Source: Alphaproteobacteria bacterium
GTDB lineage: Bacteria > Pseudomonadota > Alphaproteobacteria > GCA-2731375
Assembly: GCA_030752605.1 (NCBI GenBank)
Contig: JASMDX010000014.1
Coordinates: 2,013-66,012, forward strand
Length of the DNA stretch: 64,000 bases
Reading direction: 5' to 3'
Part shown: positions 18,677 through 30,408 of the stretch, in pieces
Position numbering within the stretch: the stretch's first letter is position 1
Layout of the letters: every line of letters begins with the position of its first letter
Notes under the pieces: model-generated
What the model was told of the DNA's origin: nothing
Seen by the model: only the letters and a program-made list of their open reading frames with translations
The model's database searches: none
Made by a program: the position numbers and the translations under genes

Positions 18677-21340
18677 CTAGCCGGACGCGGCAGCCGCGAT
18701 GGCCTCTTCAATGGCGGCCAAAGCCGCATCGGCTGCATCGCCGTCCGGCCCCCCGGCCTGCGCCATGTCCGGGCGGCCGCCACCACCTTTTCCTCCCACG
18801 GCGGCCGAACCCGCACGCACCAGATCCACCGCGCTCAACCGGTCCGTCAAGTCATCTGTGACGCCCACGGTCAAGGCCGCCTTGCCCTCGTTCACGGCAA
18901 TAAAGGCGATCACGCCGGAGCCGAGTTTCTGCTTGGCCGCATCGACCATGCCGCGCAATTCCTTGGCCGGCACATCGTCCACGCGGCGGCCAGAATAGGC
19001 GATCCCGCTCACGTCCTTGCCGCCATCGTCACCACCCTTGGCACCACCGCCGCCGCCAAACGCGAGCGCCTGGCGGACCTGGCTCAAATCACGTTCCAGT
19101 TTCTTGCGCTCTTCCAACAGAGCGCCAATGCGATCCGGCAGTTCCGCCGGGGTGGTCTTCAACAAATCCACCGCCGCCCACAATTGGCCATCCTGTTCGT
19201 AGAAATGCGCTAGGGCCGCCGCGCCCGTCAGGGCCTCAATCCGGCGCACGCCAGCCGCCACGGCGCTTTCGCTGATTACCGTGAAGGCTCCTATATCGCC
19301 GGTATTGCGCACATGGGTGCCGCCGCAAAGCTCTGTGGAGAATGACCCTTCTCCGCCCTCGCCCATGGACACGACACGCACCTCGTCACCATATTTTTCA
19401 CCAAACAGCGCCAACGCGCCCTGCTCCACCGCTTCGTCCGGGGTCATTTGCCCGGTACGGACGATGGTGTTGACGCGGATCTGTTCGTTCACATCCTGCT
19501 GCACCAGGGCTAGTTCCTCCGCTGTTACTGCCCTGGGCTGGCTGATATCAAAGCGCAGGCGGTCCGGTGCGACCATGGAGCCTTTTTGCATCACATGCGC
19601 GCCCAGCCGGTTACGCAACGCGGCATGCAGCAGATGGGTCGCGGAATGGTTGGCGCGCAACTGGGCCCGCCGGGCATTATCGACAACCATTTCGACGGCA
19701 TCGCCAACCTTCAGGCTGCCTGCCTGGACGGTGCCGCGATGCTCATGCAGATCGGCCACGCGCTTTTGCGTATCCGAGATCTGAATGCTCAGGCCATCGG
19801 CGCCGTTCATCTGGCCTGCGTCACCCTGCTGGCCGCCGGACTCGCCATAGAATGGCGTTTGATTGACCAGGATCGAGACTTCCGTACCCGCGTCCGCCGT
19901 CTCTACACGTTCGCCATCGACCACCAGGGCCAGAACCTCGCCCTCGGCCTGATTCTTGTCATAACCAAGGAATTCCGTGGCGCCGCATTCCTCACGCAGC
20001 TCGAACCAGATGGCATCCGTCCCGGTCTCGCCGGAGCCGGCCCAAGACGCCCGCGCTTCGGCACGCTGGCGTTCCATGGCAACATCAAAGCCGTCCGTAT
20101 CCACGGCCCGGTTCTGGCTGCGCAGCACATCCTGGGTCAAATCCAAGGGAAAGCCGTAAGTGTCATAGAGACGGAAGGCAACCTCGCCCGGCAGCGCCTC
20201 GACCTCGCCCAGCTTCTCGACCTCGCCCATCAACAGATGCAGGCCACGGTCCAGGGTCTGCTTGAAGCGCGTTTCCTCGCCTCGCAAGGTTTCGGTAATC
20301 AGGGCCTCGGCCCGGGCTAGTTCAGGAAACGCTTGTCCCATTTTTCCGACCAGGGTCGGCACCAAGCGCCACATCAGGGGATCATTGGCGCCCATCATAT
20401 GGGCATGGCGCATGGCCCGGCGCATGATCCGGCGCAGCACATAGCCGCGCCCCTCATTGGACGGCAGCACCCCATCGGCGATCAGGAACGATGAGGCGCG
20501 AAGATGATCAGCGATCACCTTGTGGCCGGATTTATGATCGCCGTCCACATCTATGTCGGTGAACTCGGCCGAGGCCTCCATGATCGTGCGCAGCAGATCG
20601 ATGTCGTAGTTGTCATGGGTGCCCTGCAACAGGGCGGTCAGCCGCTCCAGGCCCATGCCGGTATCGATGGATGGTTTCGGCAGCTCGACGCGCTCATCCG
20701 CGCTCAACTGCTCGAACTGCATGAAGACGAGATTCCAGATCTCGATAAAACGGTCGCCGTCCTCGTCCGGGCTGCCGGGAGGACCACCGGGAATGGCCGG
20801 GCCATGATCGAAAAAAATCTCGGAACAGGGCCCGCAGGGGCCAGTATCGCCCATGGCCCAGAAATTGTCCGAGGTTGCGATGCGGATGATGCGCTCCTCG
20901 GACAGGCCGGCAATCTTGCGCCACAGATCAAAGGCTTGATCATCGTCATGATAGACCGTGACCAGCAGGCGGTCCGCATCCAGGCCGTATTCCTTGGTGA
21001 TCAGGTTCCAGGCCAGCTCGATCGCGCGTTCCTTGAAATAATCGCCAAAGGAGAAATTACCCAACATCTCAAAAAACGTATGGTGCCGCGCTGTATAGCC
21101 TACATTATCCAGATCGTTATGCTTACCTCCCGCCCGGACGCATTTTTGCGAGGTAACAGCGCGTTGATAGGGCCGCGCCTCGGCGCCGGTGAAGACATTC
21201 TTGAACTGCACCATGCCCGCGTTGGTGAACATCAGGGTAGGATCATTGTGCGGCACCAGGGGTGAGGATGACACGACCTCGTGCCCCGCCGCCGCGAAAT
21301 AGTCCAGGAACGCCTTGCGGATATCGTTCGCGCTTTGCAT
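18677..21340 (-). CDS. alaS: Alanine--tRNA ligase
   Basis: 887-aa class II aminoacyl-tRNA synthetase with AlaRS motifs ([10 protein letters not shown], the HxxxH...CGGTH editing domain, C-terminal DHHA1). Confidence 0.97.
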   Translation of the reverse strand: MQSANDIRKAFLDYFAAAGHEVVSSSPLVPHNDPTLMFTNAGMVQFKNVFTGAEARPYQRAVTSQKCVRAGGKHNDLDNVGYTARHHTFFEMLGNFSFGDYFKERAIELAWNLITKEYGLDADRLLVTVYHDDDQAFDLWRKIAGLSEERIIRIATSDNFWAMGDTGPCGPCSEIFFDHGPAIPGGPPGSPDEDGDRFIEIWNLVFMQFEQLSADERVELPKPSIDTGMGLERLTALLQGTHDNYDIDLLRTIMEASAEFTDIDVDGDHKSGHKVIADHLRASSFLIADGVLPSNEGRGYVLRRIMRRAMRHAHMMGANDPLMWRLVPTLVGKMGQAFPELARAEALITETLRGEETRFKQTLDRGLHLLMGEVEKLGEVEALPGEVAFRLYDTYGFPLDLTQDVLRSQNRAVDTDGFDVAMERQRAEARASWAGSGETGTDAIWFELREECGATEFLGYDKNQAEGEVLALVVDGERVETADAGTEVSILVNQTPFYGESGGQQGDAGQMNGADGLSIQISDTQKRVADLHEHRGTVQAGSLKVGDAVEMVVDNARRAQLRANHSATHLLHAALRNRLGAHVMQKGSMVAPDRLRFDISQPRAVTAEELALVQQDVNEQIRVNTIVRTGQMTPDEAVEQGALALFGEKYGDEVRVVSMGEGGEGSFSTELCGGTHVRNTGDIGAFTVISESAVAAGVRRIEALTGAAALAHFYEQDGQLWAAVDLLKTTPAELPDRIGALLEERKKLERDLSQVRQALAFGGGGGAKGGDDGGKDVSGIAYSGRRVDDVPAKELRGMVDAAKQKLGSGVIAFIAVNEGKAALTVGVTDDLTDRLSAVDLVRAGSAAVGGKGGGGRPDMAQAGGPDGDAADAALAAIEEAIAAAASG

Positions 21341-21479
21341 TTCGATCTATCCAACCACTCTAAAATCTAAATCGGCCACTTTCGCCGTCACTCTCATGGG
21401 GCGGGCGGAAAATAGCCGTCCGGCCCGGCGCTGTCTACCGGCGCTGTCCCGATACGGCGGCAGCGCCGGGGACCAGGAT

Positions 21480-21932
21480 TTATTCAGCTTTTACCGTGCA
21501 GCCGCCGAAATGTTGAAAGGTCCGGGGCGGCTCGCTCGCCATATGTACCGAGTGGCTGGCCAGGAACTCACCGGGCTTGTCGGAAAACTGGCCATGCACC
21601 GAGGTCACGTTCAAATCGCCCGACGCCGTGAAGCCAAGAAAATGGCGCACATTGGACAGCGCGATCATCTCCAGATGGCTAGCGCCCTGGCTGCTGACTG
21701 CCTTGGCGTTGCCCCGGCCCGTGTTGATGCCTTCGATGCTAAATTTAAAGCCCTTTTGCTGCTTGGTATTGTAGCGTTCGACTTCCCAATTGGTCTCGAT
21801 CGCAGTTTTGAAGGCGCAGCTCAAGCTCTTCGCCTCAGCCAGGGCCTTGCGGGCCTCCGATGCATCCGCTGCCGCGTTTGCGGGCGCGATGCCCGGCAAT
21901 AGGGCGAGGAAGAAAACAGTCAATATGCGCAT
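21480..21932 (-). CDS. Hypothetical secreted protein (signal peptide), no recognisable family
   Basis: N-terminal MRILTVFFLALLPGIAPANAAADA signal peptide, followed by a 150-aa ORF. Confidence 0.45.
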   Translation of the reverse strand: MRILTVFFLALLPGIAPANAAADASEARKALAEAKSLSCAFKTAIETNWEVERYNTKQQKGFKFSIEGINTGRGNAKAVSSQGASHLEMIALSNVRHFLGFTASGDLNVTSVHGQFSDKPGEFLASHSVHMASEPPRTFQHFGGCTVKAE

Positions 21933-22020
21933 AGGGGTACCTACCGTTATTCAAGTTTGCGTCAATTTCGCACTTCTTTTAGCGGGCTATCTTGGAATTG
22001 CCAACGGGGATGCTTAGTTT

Positions 22021-22033
22021 ACGTCTGAGACGT
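22021..22033. promoter_or_regulatory. 13-bp perfect palindrome ACGTCTGAGACGT about 45 bp upstream of gor
   Basis: Seen directly. A candidate operator overlapping the expected promoter. Confidence 0.3.
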
Positions 22034-22077
22034 TTGATAGTGTTGGTTTTCGGCAGCGCCCAAAGAGGACTATATCC

Positions 22078-23451
22078 ATGGCCTATGATTTTGATCTGTT
22101 CGTGATTGGCGCCGGTTCGGGCGGCGTTCGGGCCTCGCGCATCGCGGCCTCCCATGGCGCCCGCGTGGCCGTGGCCGAGGAATACCGCTATGGCGGCACC
22201 TGCGTCATCCGGGGCTGTGTGCCAAAGAAACTATTTGTCTATGCCTCGCACTTTTCCGAGGATTTCAAGGATGCGGAATCCTTTGGCTGGAAGGTGGGCA
22301 AGGCTAGTTTCGATTGGGCCAAGCTGATCGCCAACAAGGACAGAGAAATTGACCGCCTGAACGGCATCTATATCAACTTGCTGGAAGGCGCCGGCGTGCG
22401 CCGCTACGACGGCCGCGCCCGCCTGACGGACGCTCATACCATCGAGATCGCGGGAGAGACCGTGACGGCGGAGTATATCCTCCTCGCCACCGGCGGCACC
22501 CCGACCATGCCGGATCTGCCCGGTATCGAACACACCATCAGCTCCAACGAGGCCTTTCACCTGGAAACCCTGCCCGAACACATCACCATCGTGGGCGGCG
22601 GTTATATCGCGGTGGAATTCGCCGGTATCTTCAATGGCCTGGGCCGCCAGGTGACGCAATTGTACCGCAGCGAGCAGATCCTGCGTGGCTTTGATTGGGA
22701 TGTGCGCCATCACCTGGCGGGCGAAATCCGCAAAAAAGGGATCGATCTGCGCACGGATACCAATGTCACAGCGATAGAAAAAACCGCGAACGGCTATCGC
22801 CTCAGCCTGACCAACGGAGAAAGCCTGGATACGGGCCTGATCATGTATGCCACGGGCCGCCATCCCAACAGCGGCGATCTGGGCCTGGAAGCCGTCGGCG
22901 TAACATTGGCCAAAAACGGCGCCGTGGTGGTTGATGAATGGTCACGAACCAACGTCCCCAACATTTATGCGGTGGGTGATTTGAGCGACCGCATCGCCCT
23001 AACCCCGGTAGCCTTGATGGAGGGGCATGCCTTCGCCGACACGGTGTTCGGCAACCTACCCCGCCAGCCCAACCACGTGGATGTCCCAGCAGCCGTCTTC
23101 AGCCAGCCCAGCGTCGGCACCGTGGGCTTGACCGAGGAACAGGCCCGCGCGGAGATTGGCGAAGTGGTTATCTATAAATCCACCTTCACGCCCATGAAGC
23201 ACACCCTGACGCCGTCGGAGGAAAAGACTTTGATGAAGCTGATCGTCGATGCCCGCACGGACCGGGTGGTGGGCTGTCACGTGGTCGGCCCGGACGCCGC
23301 CGAGATGGTCCAGGGCATCGGCATCGCGCTGCGTTGCAACGCCACCAAGGCGCAGTTTGACGCCACTGTCGGCATCCACCCCTCGGCGGCGGAGGAACTG
23401 GTCACCATGCGCAGCAAATGGACCCCACCCAAGGCGCAAGCGGCGGAGTAG
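22078..23451 (+). CDS. gor: Glutathione-disulfide reductase
   Basis: [13 protein letters not shown] redox-active disulfide motif and FAD/NADPH Rossmann motifs; 457 aa. Confidence 0.9.
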   Translation: MAYDFDLFVIGAGSGGVRASRIAASHGARVAVAEEYRYGGTCVIRGCVPKKLFVYASHFSEDFKDAESFGWKVGKASFDWAKLIANKDREIDRLNGIYINLLEGAGVRRYDGRARLTDAHTIEIAGETVTAEYILLATGGTPTMPDLPGIEHTISSNEAFHLETLPEHITIVGGGYIAVEFAGIFNGLGRQVTQLYRSEQILRGFDWDVRHHLAGEIRKKGIDLRTDTNVTAIEKTANGYRLSLTNGESLDTGLIMYATGRHPNSGDLGLEAVGVTLAKNGAVVVDEWSRTNVPNIYAVGDLSDRIALTPVALMEGHAFADTVFGNLPRQPNHVDVPAAVFSQPSVGTVGLTEEQARAEIGEVVIYKSTFTPMKHTLTPSEEKTLMKLIVDARTDRVVGCHVVGPDAAEMVQGIGIALRCNATKAQFDATVGIHPSAAEELVTMRSKWTPPKAQAAE

Positions 23452-23531
23452 ATTACGGTTCATTTCTGAACCCTTGGAAAGCCCCGCAGCTTACCGTATA
23501 TAAAGCGCTTCTTTTTCTAGGGAATGAAGTT

Positions 23532-24926
23532 ATGCCCATGCAATGGAACCCTAACGGCTGGCGGCAACGCACGGCCCTCCAAATGCCCGAATACGCGGAC
23601 CAGGCGGTCTTGGACGGCGTCTTAGACAAACTCGGCAGCTTCCCGCCGCTAGTTTTCGCCGGCGAGGTAAACGCCCTGCGTCGCAGGCTGGCCCAGGCGG
23701 CGAAAGGCGACGGCTTTTTGCTGCAGGGCGGTGATTGCGCCGAAAGTTTCGCCGAATTCCATCCCAACAACATCCGCGATACCTTCAGGGTGCTGATGCA
23801 AATGGCCGTGGTCCTGACCTTTGGCGGCGCCGTGCCGGTAGTCAAAGTGGGCCGCATGGCGGGACAGTTCGCCAAACCGCGTTCCGCGCCGACGGAAACC
23901 ATCGATGGTGTCGAATTGCCGATCTATCGCGGCGATATCGTCAACGGTATCGATTTCGATGCTGCCGAGCGCCAGCCGGACCCAAACCGTCTGTTAACCG
24001 CCTATTCCCAGGCGGCGGCAACCTTGAACTTGCTGCGTGCCTTCGCCCAGGGCGGCTATGCAGATCTGTACAAGATCCACCGCTGGAACCTGGACTTCGT
24101 CGAAGGCACCGAGGCCGCCGACCGGTATGGCGAGCTTTGTGGCCGTATTTCCGAGGCGCTGGAGTTCATGGAAGCCTGCGGCATCAACGGCGACAGCGTG
24201 CCGGAAATGCGGCAAACGGATTTCTATACCTCCCATGAAGCACTGTTGCTGAACTATGAAGAAGCCATGACGCGCGAGGATACCATCACCCGCATGGGCG
24301 GCTGGTACGATACCTCGGCCCATATGGTCTGGATCGGCGACCGCACCCGCCAGGCCGATGGCGCCCATATCGAATATTGCCGGGGCATCAATAATCCCCT
24401 GGGTCTGAAGGCCGGCCCGAGCATGGAGGCGGATGACCTGATCCGCCTGATCGATACCTTAAATCCGGAGAACGAGGCAGGGCGTCTGACCCTGATCGCC
24501 CGCATGGGCGATGTGGAGGTGATGGAAAAACTGCCGTCCCTGGTGCGCCGGGTGAAGGCGGAGGGGCGCACGGTGCTGTGGTCTTGCGATCCCATGCACG
24601 GTAACACGATCAAATCCTCCACCGGCTACAAGACCCGACCGTTCGACCGCATCCTGGCCGAGGTCAAGGGCTTCTTCGCCGTCCACCAGGGCGAAGGCAC
24701 GCATGCGGGCGGCGTGCACGTGGAAATGACCGGACAGGACGTGACCGAATGCCTGGGCGGAGCACAGTTAATCGGTGAAGAGGAATTGGCATCCCGCTAT
24801 CATACCCACTGTGATCCGCGTCTGAATGCCTCGCAAAGTCTGGAGCTGTCGTTCCTGATCGCGGAGATGCTGAAACAGCAGCGGCCCGCACAGCAAATGC
24901 CGGAAGCAGTCGAAGCCGCGCAATAA
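23532..24926 (+). CDS. Class II 3-deoxy-7-phosphoheptulonate (DAHP) synthase
   Basis: 464-aa plant/AroA(II)-type enzyme with conserved KPRS, GDCAE-like and HGNT motifs. ATG at 23532. Confidence 0.9.
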   Translation: MPMQWNPNGWRQRTALQMPEYADQAVLDGVLDKLGSFPPLVFAGEVNALRRRLAQAAKGDGFLLQGGDCAESFAEFHPNNIRDTFRVLMQMAVVLTFGGAVPVVKVGRMAGQFAKPRSAPTETIDGVELPIYRGDIVNGIDFDAAERQPDPNRLLTAYSQAAATLNLLRAFAQGGYADLYKIHRWNLDFVEGTEAADRYGELCGRISEALEFMEACGINGDSVPEMRQTDFYTSHEALLLNYEEAMTREDTITRMGGWYDTSAHMVWIGDRTRQADGAHIEYCRGINNPLGLKAGPSMEADDLIRLIDTLNPENEAGRLTLIARMGDVEVMEKLPSLVRRVKAEGRTVLWSCDPMHGNTIKSSTGYKTRPFDRILAEVKGFFAVHQGEGTHAGGVHVEMTGQDVTECLGGAQLIGEEELASRYHTHCDPRLNASQSLELSFLIAEMLKQQRPAQQMPEAVEAAQ

Positions 24927-24930
24927 GGGT

Positions 24931-26085
24931 TTGCAGGTCATGACGGGCAAGAGCCCAAGCGAAAGCGAAGATCTGGAAGGCTATATCGATCGCTGGACGG
25001 ATCAGTATTTCAAGAAGACCCGCGCCATCGTGCAACGTAATGGCGATGCCGAGGTGACCTATGCGGTCTTCATGCGGCGCCCGGTTAGTTTCGCGCCACG
25101 GCTGATGATCGATTGGCTGAACCAGGTCGCCGCCGAGCGTGAGGTTACCTTCAATATCCAAAAGTGTTTCGACGAAGGCGATTGGGTCGGCGCTGGCGAA
25201 CCGCTGCTATATTTGAGCGGCCCGTTGTCTGAGCTGGTGGATCTGGAAACGCTTTATTTGCAAAAGCTGGGCGCCTGCTGTGTGGCCGCCTACAACGCCT
25301 ATCTGATGTGTTCATCCCTGCCCGACAGCCAGTTCCTGGCCATGGACGCGCGCCATTGCGCTGGCCACGAAATGGCTGAGATGATGGCTTACGCCGCTTC
25401 CGTCGGTAGCGAAGGCGCCCGCCGCGACCGGGATGCAGTCGGTTTCATCGGCAACGCGACGGACGCGACGGCGCACTTTTTTGGCAACGAAAAAGGCCTG
25501 GGCACCATGCCTCATGCCTTGATCGGCTATGCCGGCAGTACCCTGAGAGCGGCGGAAATGTATGCCGAGGCATTTCCAGGCGAGCCGTTAACGATTCTGG
25601 TAGACTATTTTGGCCAGGAGGTCACGGACGCCCTGGCGGTCTGCAACCGCTTCGCCGATTTGGCCGAAGAAGGCGCGGTCGCCGTGCGTCTGGACACTCA
25701 TGGCGGCCGCTTTGTCGAAGGTTTGGACACACAATCCTCCTATGCGGTATTGGAGCGTCATGTCCCCCGCGCGGTGCGGCAGTACCGCAACGAGGAAGAA
25801 CTGCGCTGGCTGGTCGGCACGGGTGTATCGGCGGCAGCAATTTTTCATATGCGCGACAAGCTGGATGAAGCCGGCTTTTCGAAAGCGCGCATCGTGGCAT
25901 CCTCAGGCTTCAATTTTTTCAAATGCCAGGTCATGGGCAGCGTCAATGCCCCCATTGACATGGTCGGCACCGGGTCCTATCTGCCGGACGATTGGCGGGA
26001 GACCTATGCCACCGCCGATATCGTCGCATACGACGGTGAGCCGAAGGTCAAGGTTGGACGCGAATTCCTGCTGCAACGGCGTTGA
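24931..26085 (+). CDS. Nicotinate/nicotinamide phosphoribosyltransferase family protein (type II PRTase)
   Basis: GTMPHALIGY and VRLDTHGGRF motifs; 384 aa. Only 4 nt downstream of the DAHP synthase gene. Confidence 0.5.
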   Translation: MQVMTGKSPSESEDLEGYIDRWTDQYFKKTRAIVQRNGDAEVTYAVFMRRPVSFAPRLMIDWLNQVAAEREVTFNIQKCFDEGDWVGAGEPLLYLSGPLSELVDLETLYLQKLGACCVAAYNAYLMCSSLPDSQFLAMDARHCAGHEMAEMMAYAASVGSEGARRDRDAVGFIGNATDATAHFFGNEKGLGTMPHALIGYAGSTLRAAEMYAEAFPGEPLTILVDYFGQEVTDALAVCNRFADLAEEGAVAVRLDTHGGRFVEGLDTQSSYAVLERHVPRAVRQYRNEEELRWLVGTGVSAAAIFHMRDKLDEAGFSKARIVASSGFNFFKCQVMGSVNAPIDMVGTGSYLPDDWRETYATADIVAYDGEPKVKVGREFLLQRR

Positions 26086-26981
26086 TCCGCGCGCATCATG
26101 TATTGATGTTTTGTAATTTATCGAATGGCGCCAAGGGCGCCCTGTGTATGATTATTGGCGGTCTGTTGCTCACGACTCAGGACGGTATCTGCAAATGGCT
26201 AACGGCGGAATTTCATCCCGGCGAGGTGATGTTCTATCGTGGCCTGTTCACTTTCGTGCCCATAATCGTCATTATCGCGGTACGGTCAGGCGGCATCCAC
26301 CAACTGGCGACCCGCAATCTCAAAGGCACCATGATCCGCGCCGCACTAGGCGCCGGCACCTCGGTCTTCGTGGTGGTATCCTTCATCTTTCTGCCCTTGG
26401 CCGACGCATTGGCCATTATCTTTCTCAGCCCGATCATGCTGACCGCACTATCCGGTCCAATGTTGGGAGAGCCGGTCGGCTGGCGGCGCTGGCTGGCTGT
26501 CTTCATCGGCTTCGCCGGCGTGATGCTGATGATCCGGCCCAGCGCCGAAGGCATTCCCTATTATTATTTCTTCCCCCTTTTGGCGGCTCTATTGTCGGCC
26601 TTGCGCGATGTGGCGACACGCCGGCTGCGCAACGACGACAGCTCCGCCTCGATCCTGTTCTATTCCATGGTGGCGGGCCTACTCGCCGGCGCGATCAGCA
26701 TGCCCATGTTTGGCGCCCATTGGCCCAGCCCGACGCAGTGGGGTCTGTTCGCCGCCGCGGGTATTCTTAATTCGCTTTCGCACCTGTTGACGATCCAGGC
26801 CCTGTTGCTGGCGCCGGGGGGAACCATGGCGCCGTTCAGGTACCTCTCCCTGATTTGGGCCGCGGTGATGGGCTACTTGATATGGGGAGATGTACCGGAC
26901 GGTTGGAAGCTGGCCGGTGCCGCCCTGGTCGTGGGCGCGGGCCTATTCATCCTGTACCGCGAGATGCGCGGCCGGCGATAG
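26082..26981 (+). CDS. DMT superfamily (EamA-like) transporter
   Basis: 10-TM duplicated EamA architecture. Confidence 0.7.
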   Translation: MIRAHHVLMFCNLSNGAKGALCMIIGGLLLTTQDGICKWLTAEFHPGEVMFYRGLFTFVPIIVIIAVRSGGIHQLATRNLKGTMIRAALGAGTSVFVVVSFIFLPLADALAIIFLSPIMLTALSGPMLGEPVGWRRWLAVFIGFAGVMLMIRPSAEGIPYYYFFPLLAALLSALRDVATRRLRNDDSSASILFYSMVAGLLAGAISMPMFGAHWPSPTQWGLFAAAGILNSLSHLLTIQALLLAPGGTMAPFRYLSLIWAAVMGYLIWGDVPDGWKLAGAALVVGAGLFILYREMRGRR

Positions 26982-27091
26982 TGCCTATTCCAAGGTGCGT
27001 CTATTTCAAGGCAGCCATGTGCCTCAAACACCGCAATTTAGTATAGTATCCGGGTGAACTAACACTCATGCACCAACGGAGATGACCTGCA

Positions 27092-28642
27092 ATGTATCCG
27101 GGCAAATATGCGGCGCAGAACCCTGACAAACCAGCATTCATCATGGCGGATAGCGGCGAGGCCGTGACCTACCGTGAATATGAGGCGCGCTGTAACCGCC
27201 TGGCGCATCTCTTGCGAGACCAGGGCCTGGAACGACTGCATCACTATGCAGTCTTCATGGAAAATAACGTCCGTTATATGGAAAGCTGCGGTGCCGGTGA
27301 GCGCGCTGGCCATTACTACACCTGCATCAATTCTTACCTGACGGCGCAGGAGGTGGCCTATATCGTCAACAATTCCGAAAGCCAAGTGTTGATCATCTCC
27401 GAAGCCCGGCGCGAGACAGCGATGGCGGCGCTGGCTGACTGTCCCAACGTGCAGCTTTGCATTGTCGTCGATGGGCCGGGCGACGGCGACAAGATAGTTA
27501 ATCTGGACGAGGCCACAGCCAATTTTCCCGACACCCCGATCCCAGATGAATGCCTAGGCATTGCGATGCTTTATTCGTCCGGCACCACGGGACAGCCCAA
27601 GGGCATCCTGCGGCCGCTGCCCGAAAACGCCCCCGATGCGCCCATGCCGGTCTATCAGTTTCTGATGAACATGTGGCATTACCGCGAGGGCATGGTCTAC
27701 CTGATCCCGGCGCCGCTTTATCATTCGGCGCCGCACGTGGCGCTTAACTTCACCCTCCGCGTTGGCGGCACTTCCGTGATCATGGAGCGCTTCGATCCGG
27801 AGCTCTATCTCTCTCTGGTAGAAAAATACGGCGTAACCGACAGCCAACTGGTGCCGACCATGTTCTCCCGCATGCTGAAACTGCCCGAAGAGGTGCGCGA
27901 GCGCTATGACATGTCCTCGCTGGAGGTCGCGATCCACGGCGCGGCGCCCTGCCCCCCCCAGGTCAAACAACAGATGATCAACTGGTGGGGCCCAGTCGTC
28001 GAAGAATACTATGGCGCCACCGAGGCGCAGGGTCTGACAGCCTGCGACTCCGAAGAATGGCTTGCCCACCCAGGTACCGTGGGCCAGGTAAAATTCGGCG
28101 AGATACGTATTCTTGACGACGACATGAAACCCTGCCCGACAGGCACCGCCGGCACCATTTGGTTCGTCAATGCCAGCCCATTCGAATATTTCAATGATGC
28201 CGGCCGAACGGAAGAGGCCTATTCCCCAGACCGCACCATGAGCACCGTGGGCGATGTGGGCTATGTGGACGAAGAAGGCTATCTGTTTCTGACCGACCGG
28301 GCGACCTTCATGATTATCTCCGGTGGCGTCAACATCTATCCCCAGGAATGCGAGAACTTGTTGATCACCCATCCCAAGGTGATGGACGCTGCCGTTTTCG
28401 GCGTGCCCAACGAAGAAATGGGCGAAGAGGTCAAGGGCGTGATCCAGATGACGCCCGGCCAGACCGCGGGAGAAGCGCTGGAGATGGAACTGATAGAATT
28501 CTGCCGCGAGCACCTGGCGCACATGAAATGCCCGCGCAGCATTGACTTCATCGACGATATGCCGCGTCTACCCACGGGAAAACTCTATAAACGTATCCTT
28601 CGGGACCGCTACTGGAGCGACCGAAAGAGCCGTATCCTATAG
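27092..28642 (+). CDS. AMP-dependent acyl-CoA synthetase/ligase
   Basis: AMP-binding motif YSSGTTGQPKG and a C-terminal GKLYKRIL motif. Confidence 0.85.
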   Translation: MYPGKYAAQNPDKPAFIMADSGEAVTYREYEARCNRLAHLLRDQGLERLHHYAVFMENNVRYMESCGAGERAGHYYTCINSYLTAQEVAYIVNNSESQVLIISEARRETAMAALADCPNVQLCIVVDGPGDGDKIVNLDEATANFPDTPIPDECLGIAMLYSSGTTGQPKGILRPLPENAPDAPMPVYQFLMNMWHYREGMVYLIPAPLYHSAPHVALNFTLRVGGTSVIMERFDPELYLSLVEKYGVTDSQLVPTMFSRMLKLPEEVRERYDMSSLEVAIHGAAPCPPQVKQQMINWWGPVVEEYYGATEAQGLTACDSEEWLAHPGTVGQVKFGEIRILDDDMKPCPTGTAGTIWFVNASPFEYFNDAGRTEEAYSPDRTMSTVGDVGYVDEEGYLFLTDRATFMIISGGVNIYPQECENLLITHPKVMDAAVFGVPNEEMGEEVKGVIQMTPGQTAGEALEMELIEFCREHLAHMKCPRSIDFIDDMPRLPTGKLYKRILRDRYWSDRKSRIL

Positions 28643-28773
28643 CCAACGAAATTCAGCGGCCTGGATAGACGTATGCCGTGTAATAACCGTGGAGTAACCA
28701 TGGAATAAAGGGAACGCGGCCCAGGCGGCGGAACCAGATTTGCACCAAGGTACGGTGATAGCCTCGTCTGCCG

Positions 28774-29787
28774 CTATTTTGGTGGCTCGCCGATCTGGAC
28801 CACCTGCTTGCCGAAGTTCTCGCCCTTTAGCATGCCGATAAAGGCGGCAGGCGCGTTCTCCAGGCCCTGGGTGATATCCTCACGGTATTTGATTTTGCCT
28901 TTCGCCAGCCAGCCGGACATCTCGGCCATGAATTCCGGCTTCAGGTCCATGTGGTCAGAAACAATAAAGCCCTGCATCTTGACCTTGTTGCCTACCATGG
29001 TGCCGAGGTTTTTCACGCCCTCGGGTTTTTCCAGATTGTACTGGCTGATCATACCGCAGGCGACGATACGGGCATAGGGATTGACCTTGAGTAAAACCGC
29101 ATCCAGCATCGCACCGCCCACATTCTCGAAATAAACGTCGATGCCTTGCGGACAGGCCTGGGCCAAGGCATCCCCCAGGGAGCCGGCTTCCTTGTAGTTA
29201 AATGCGGCATCAAAACCCAATTCGTCCATGATATAGGCGGCTTTTTCGAACGAGCCAGCACTACCTGCCACGTGACAGCCCTGCATCTTGGCGATCTGTC
29301 CGGCAATCTGGCCCACGGCGCCCGATGCCGCGGAAACATAAACCGTCTCGCCTTCCTTGGGCTGACCAATATTACGCAGGCCGACCCAGGCGGTCATCGA
29401 CGGCATGCCCAAAACACCCAAATAATGGGACAGGGATGCGACGTTGCCATCAACCTTATTAACGCTGCCGACCTGGGCCACGGAAAATGCTTCCCAGCCA
29501 AGGCGGCCTTCCACCAAGTCGCCTTCCACCAGGGATGGATCGTTGGAGGCAACCACCTCGCCCACCATACCGGCCTGCAACACCTGGCCCAGCTCAAAAC
29601 CGGGGGCATATGACTTTTGATCCCGCATTCGGCCACGCATGTAGGGGTCCAGTGACATAAAGATATTGCGCACCAACACCTCGCCCGCACCCGGTTCCCC
29701 CACGGGCGCCACCACGACCTCGAAATGGGAGGCGTCAACCCAACCAGCGGGTCGGGATTTGAACAAAATTCGTTTGTTTTCAGTCAT
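28774..29787 (-). CDS. NADP-dependent oxidoreductase (MDR superfamily, CurA/YncB-like alkenal/enone reductase)
   Basis: Start MTENKRILFKSRPAGWV; MDR fold; ATG at 29785-29787. Confidence 0.8.
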   Translation of the reverse strand: MTENKRILFKSRPAGWVDASHFEVVVAPVGEPGAGEVLVRNIFMSLDPYMRGRMRDQKSYAPGFELGQVLQAGMVGEVVASNDPSLVEGDLVEGRLGWEAFSVAQVGSVNKVDGNVASLSHYLGVLGMPSMTAWVGLRNIGQPKEGETVYVSAASGAVGQIAGQIAKMQGCHVAGSAGSFEKAAYIMDELGFDAAFNYKEAGSLGDALAQACPQGIDVYFENVGGAMLDAVLLKVNPYARIVACGMISQYNLEKPEGVKNLGTMVGNKVKMQGFIVSDHMDLKPEFMAEMSGWLAKGKIKYREDITQGLENAPAAFIGMLKGENFGKQVVQIGEPPK

Positions 29788-30408
29788 TTTTTGCCTACCT
29801 TGTATTGTGCGCACGATCTTTCGATGGGTCCCGGCTATATCGCACCAGCCCGGCGGAGACGCAATAGCCCATGGCGCCATGGCGCCGATAGGTTAACGCC
29901 CCCGTATGTTAAAATTAACGGCAAATTCATCAAATTGAGATATGACAAAAAAGTGCTAAAGCGGTTTTGATTGGGACAGTGATGTCTGAAGCAGCTGGAA
30001 AAGTTGAAGAGCTTGAGGAAATGGAAGGTAAGCTGCGCTCGGTGGCGCAAGCCCTGGCCATTGATCAAGCTTTGGATACGGGCGACCGAGATTCCCTCCA
30101 TGCCCTGCCCTTGTAATTGCTGCCGATGAACCTGCCATCTATTTCCCGGGCGAGAATGCTTAAAAACCCACACATGAAGAACATGATCGAGGCCCATTAT
30201 GTCGCCATCGGCGGCGTGCTATGTGGTTTGATGCTGAAGATGGATGCCTGGGAAGACAAATTCGGCAAGGGCCGCGGCGGCCTAGTCTCAAAACCTGATT
30301 TTCATCATGTCCGAGATGCGTATGGGCATGAATTACATCTACGAGATCGAGCAAAAAGCCCCCGCCATCAACGATCTGCAATAGGCCCGCCCGGACAGGG
30401 TTTTTGGA

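Noticed and set aside
18554-21265. Many 60-250-aa ORFs on the plus strand inside alaS (for example 18554..19213, 19586..20320, 20504..21265)
   Set aside because: They run antisense to a clearly conserved 887-aa AlaRS gene. Long spurious ORFs are expected at 63% GC, and they carry no motifs.
21315-21902. 195-aa plus-strand ORF
   Set aside because: It overlaps, in antisense, the secreted-protein ORF that has a clean signal peptide. The minus-strand reading is more protein-like.
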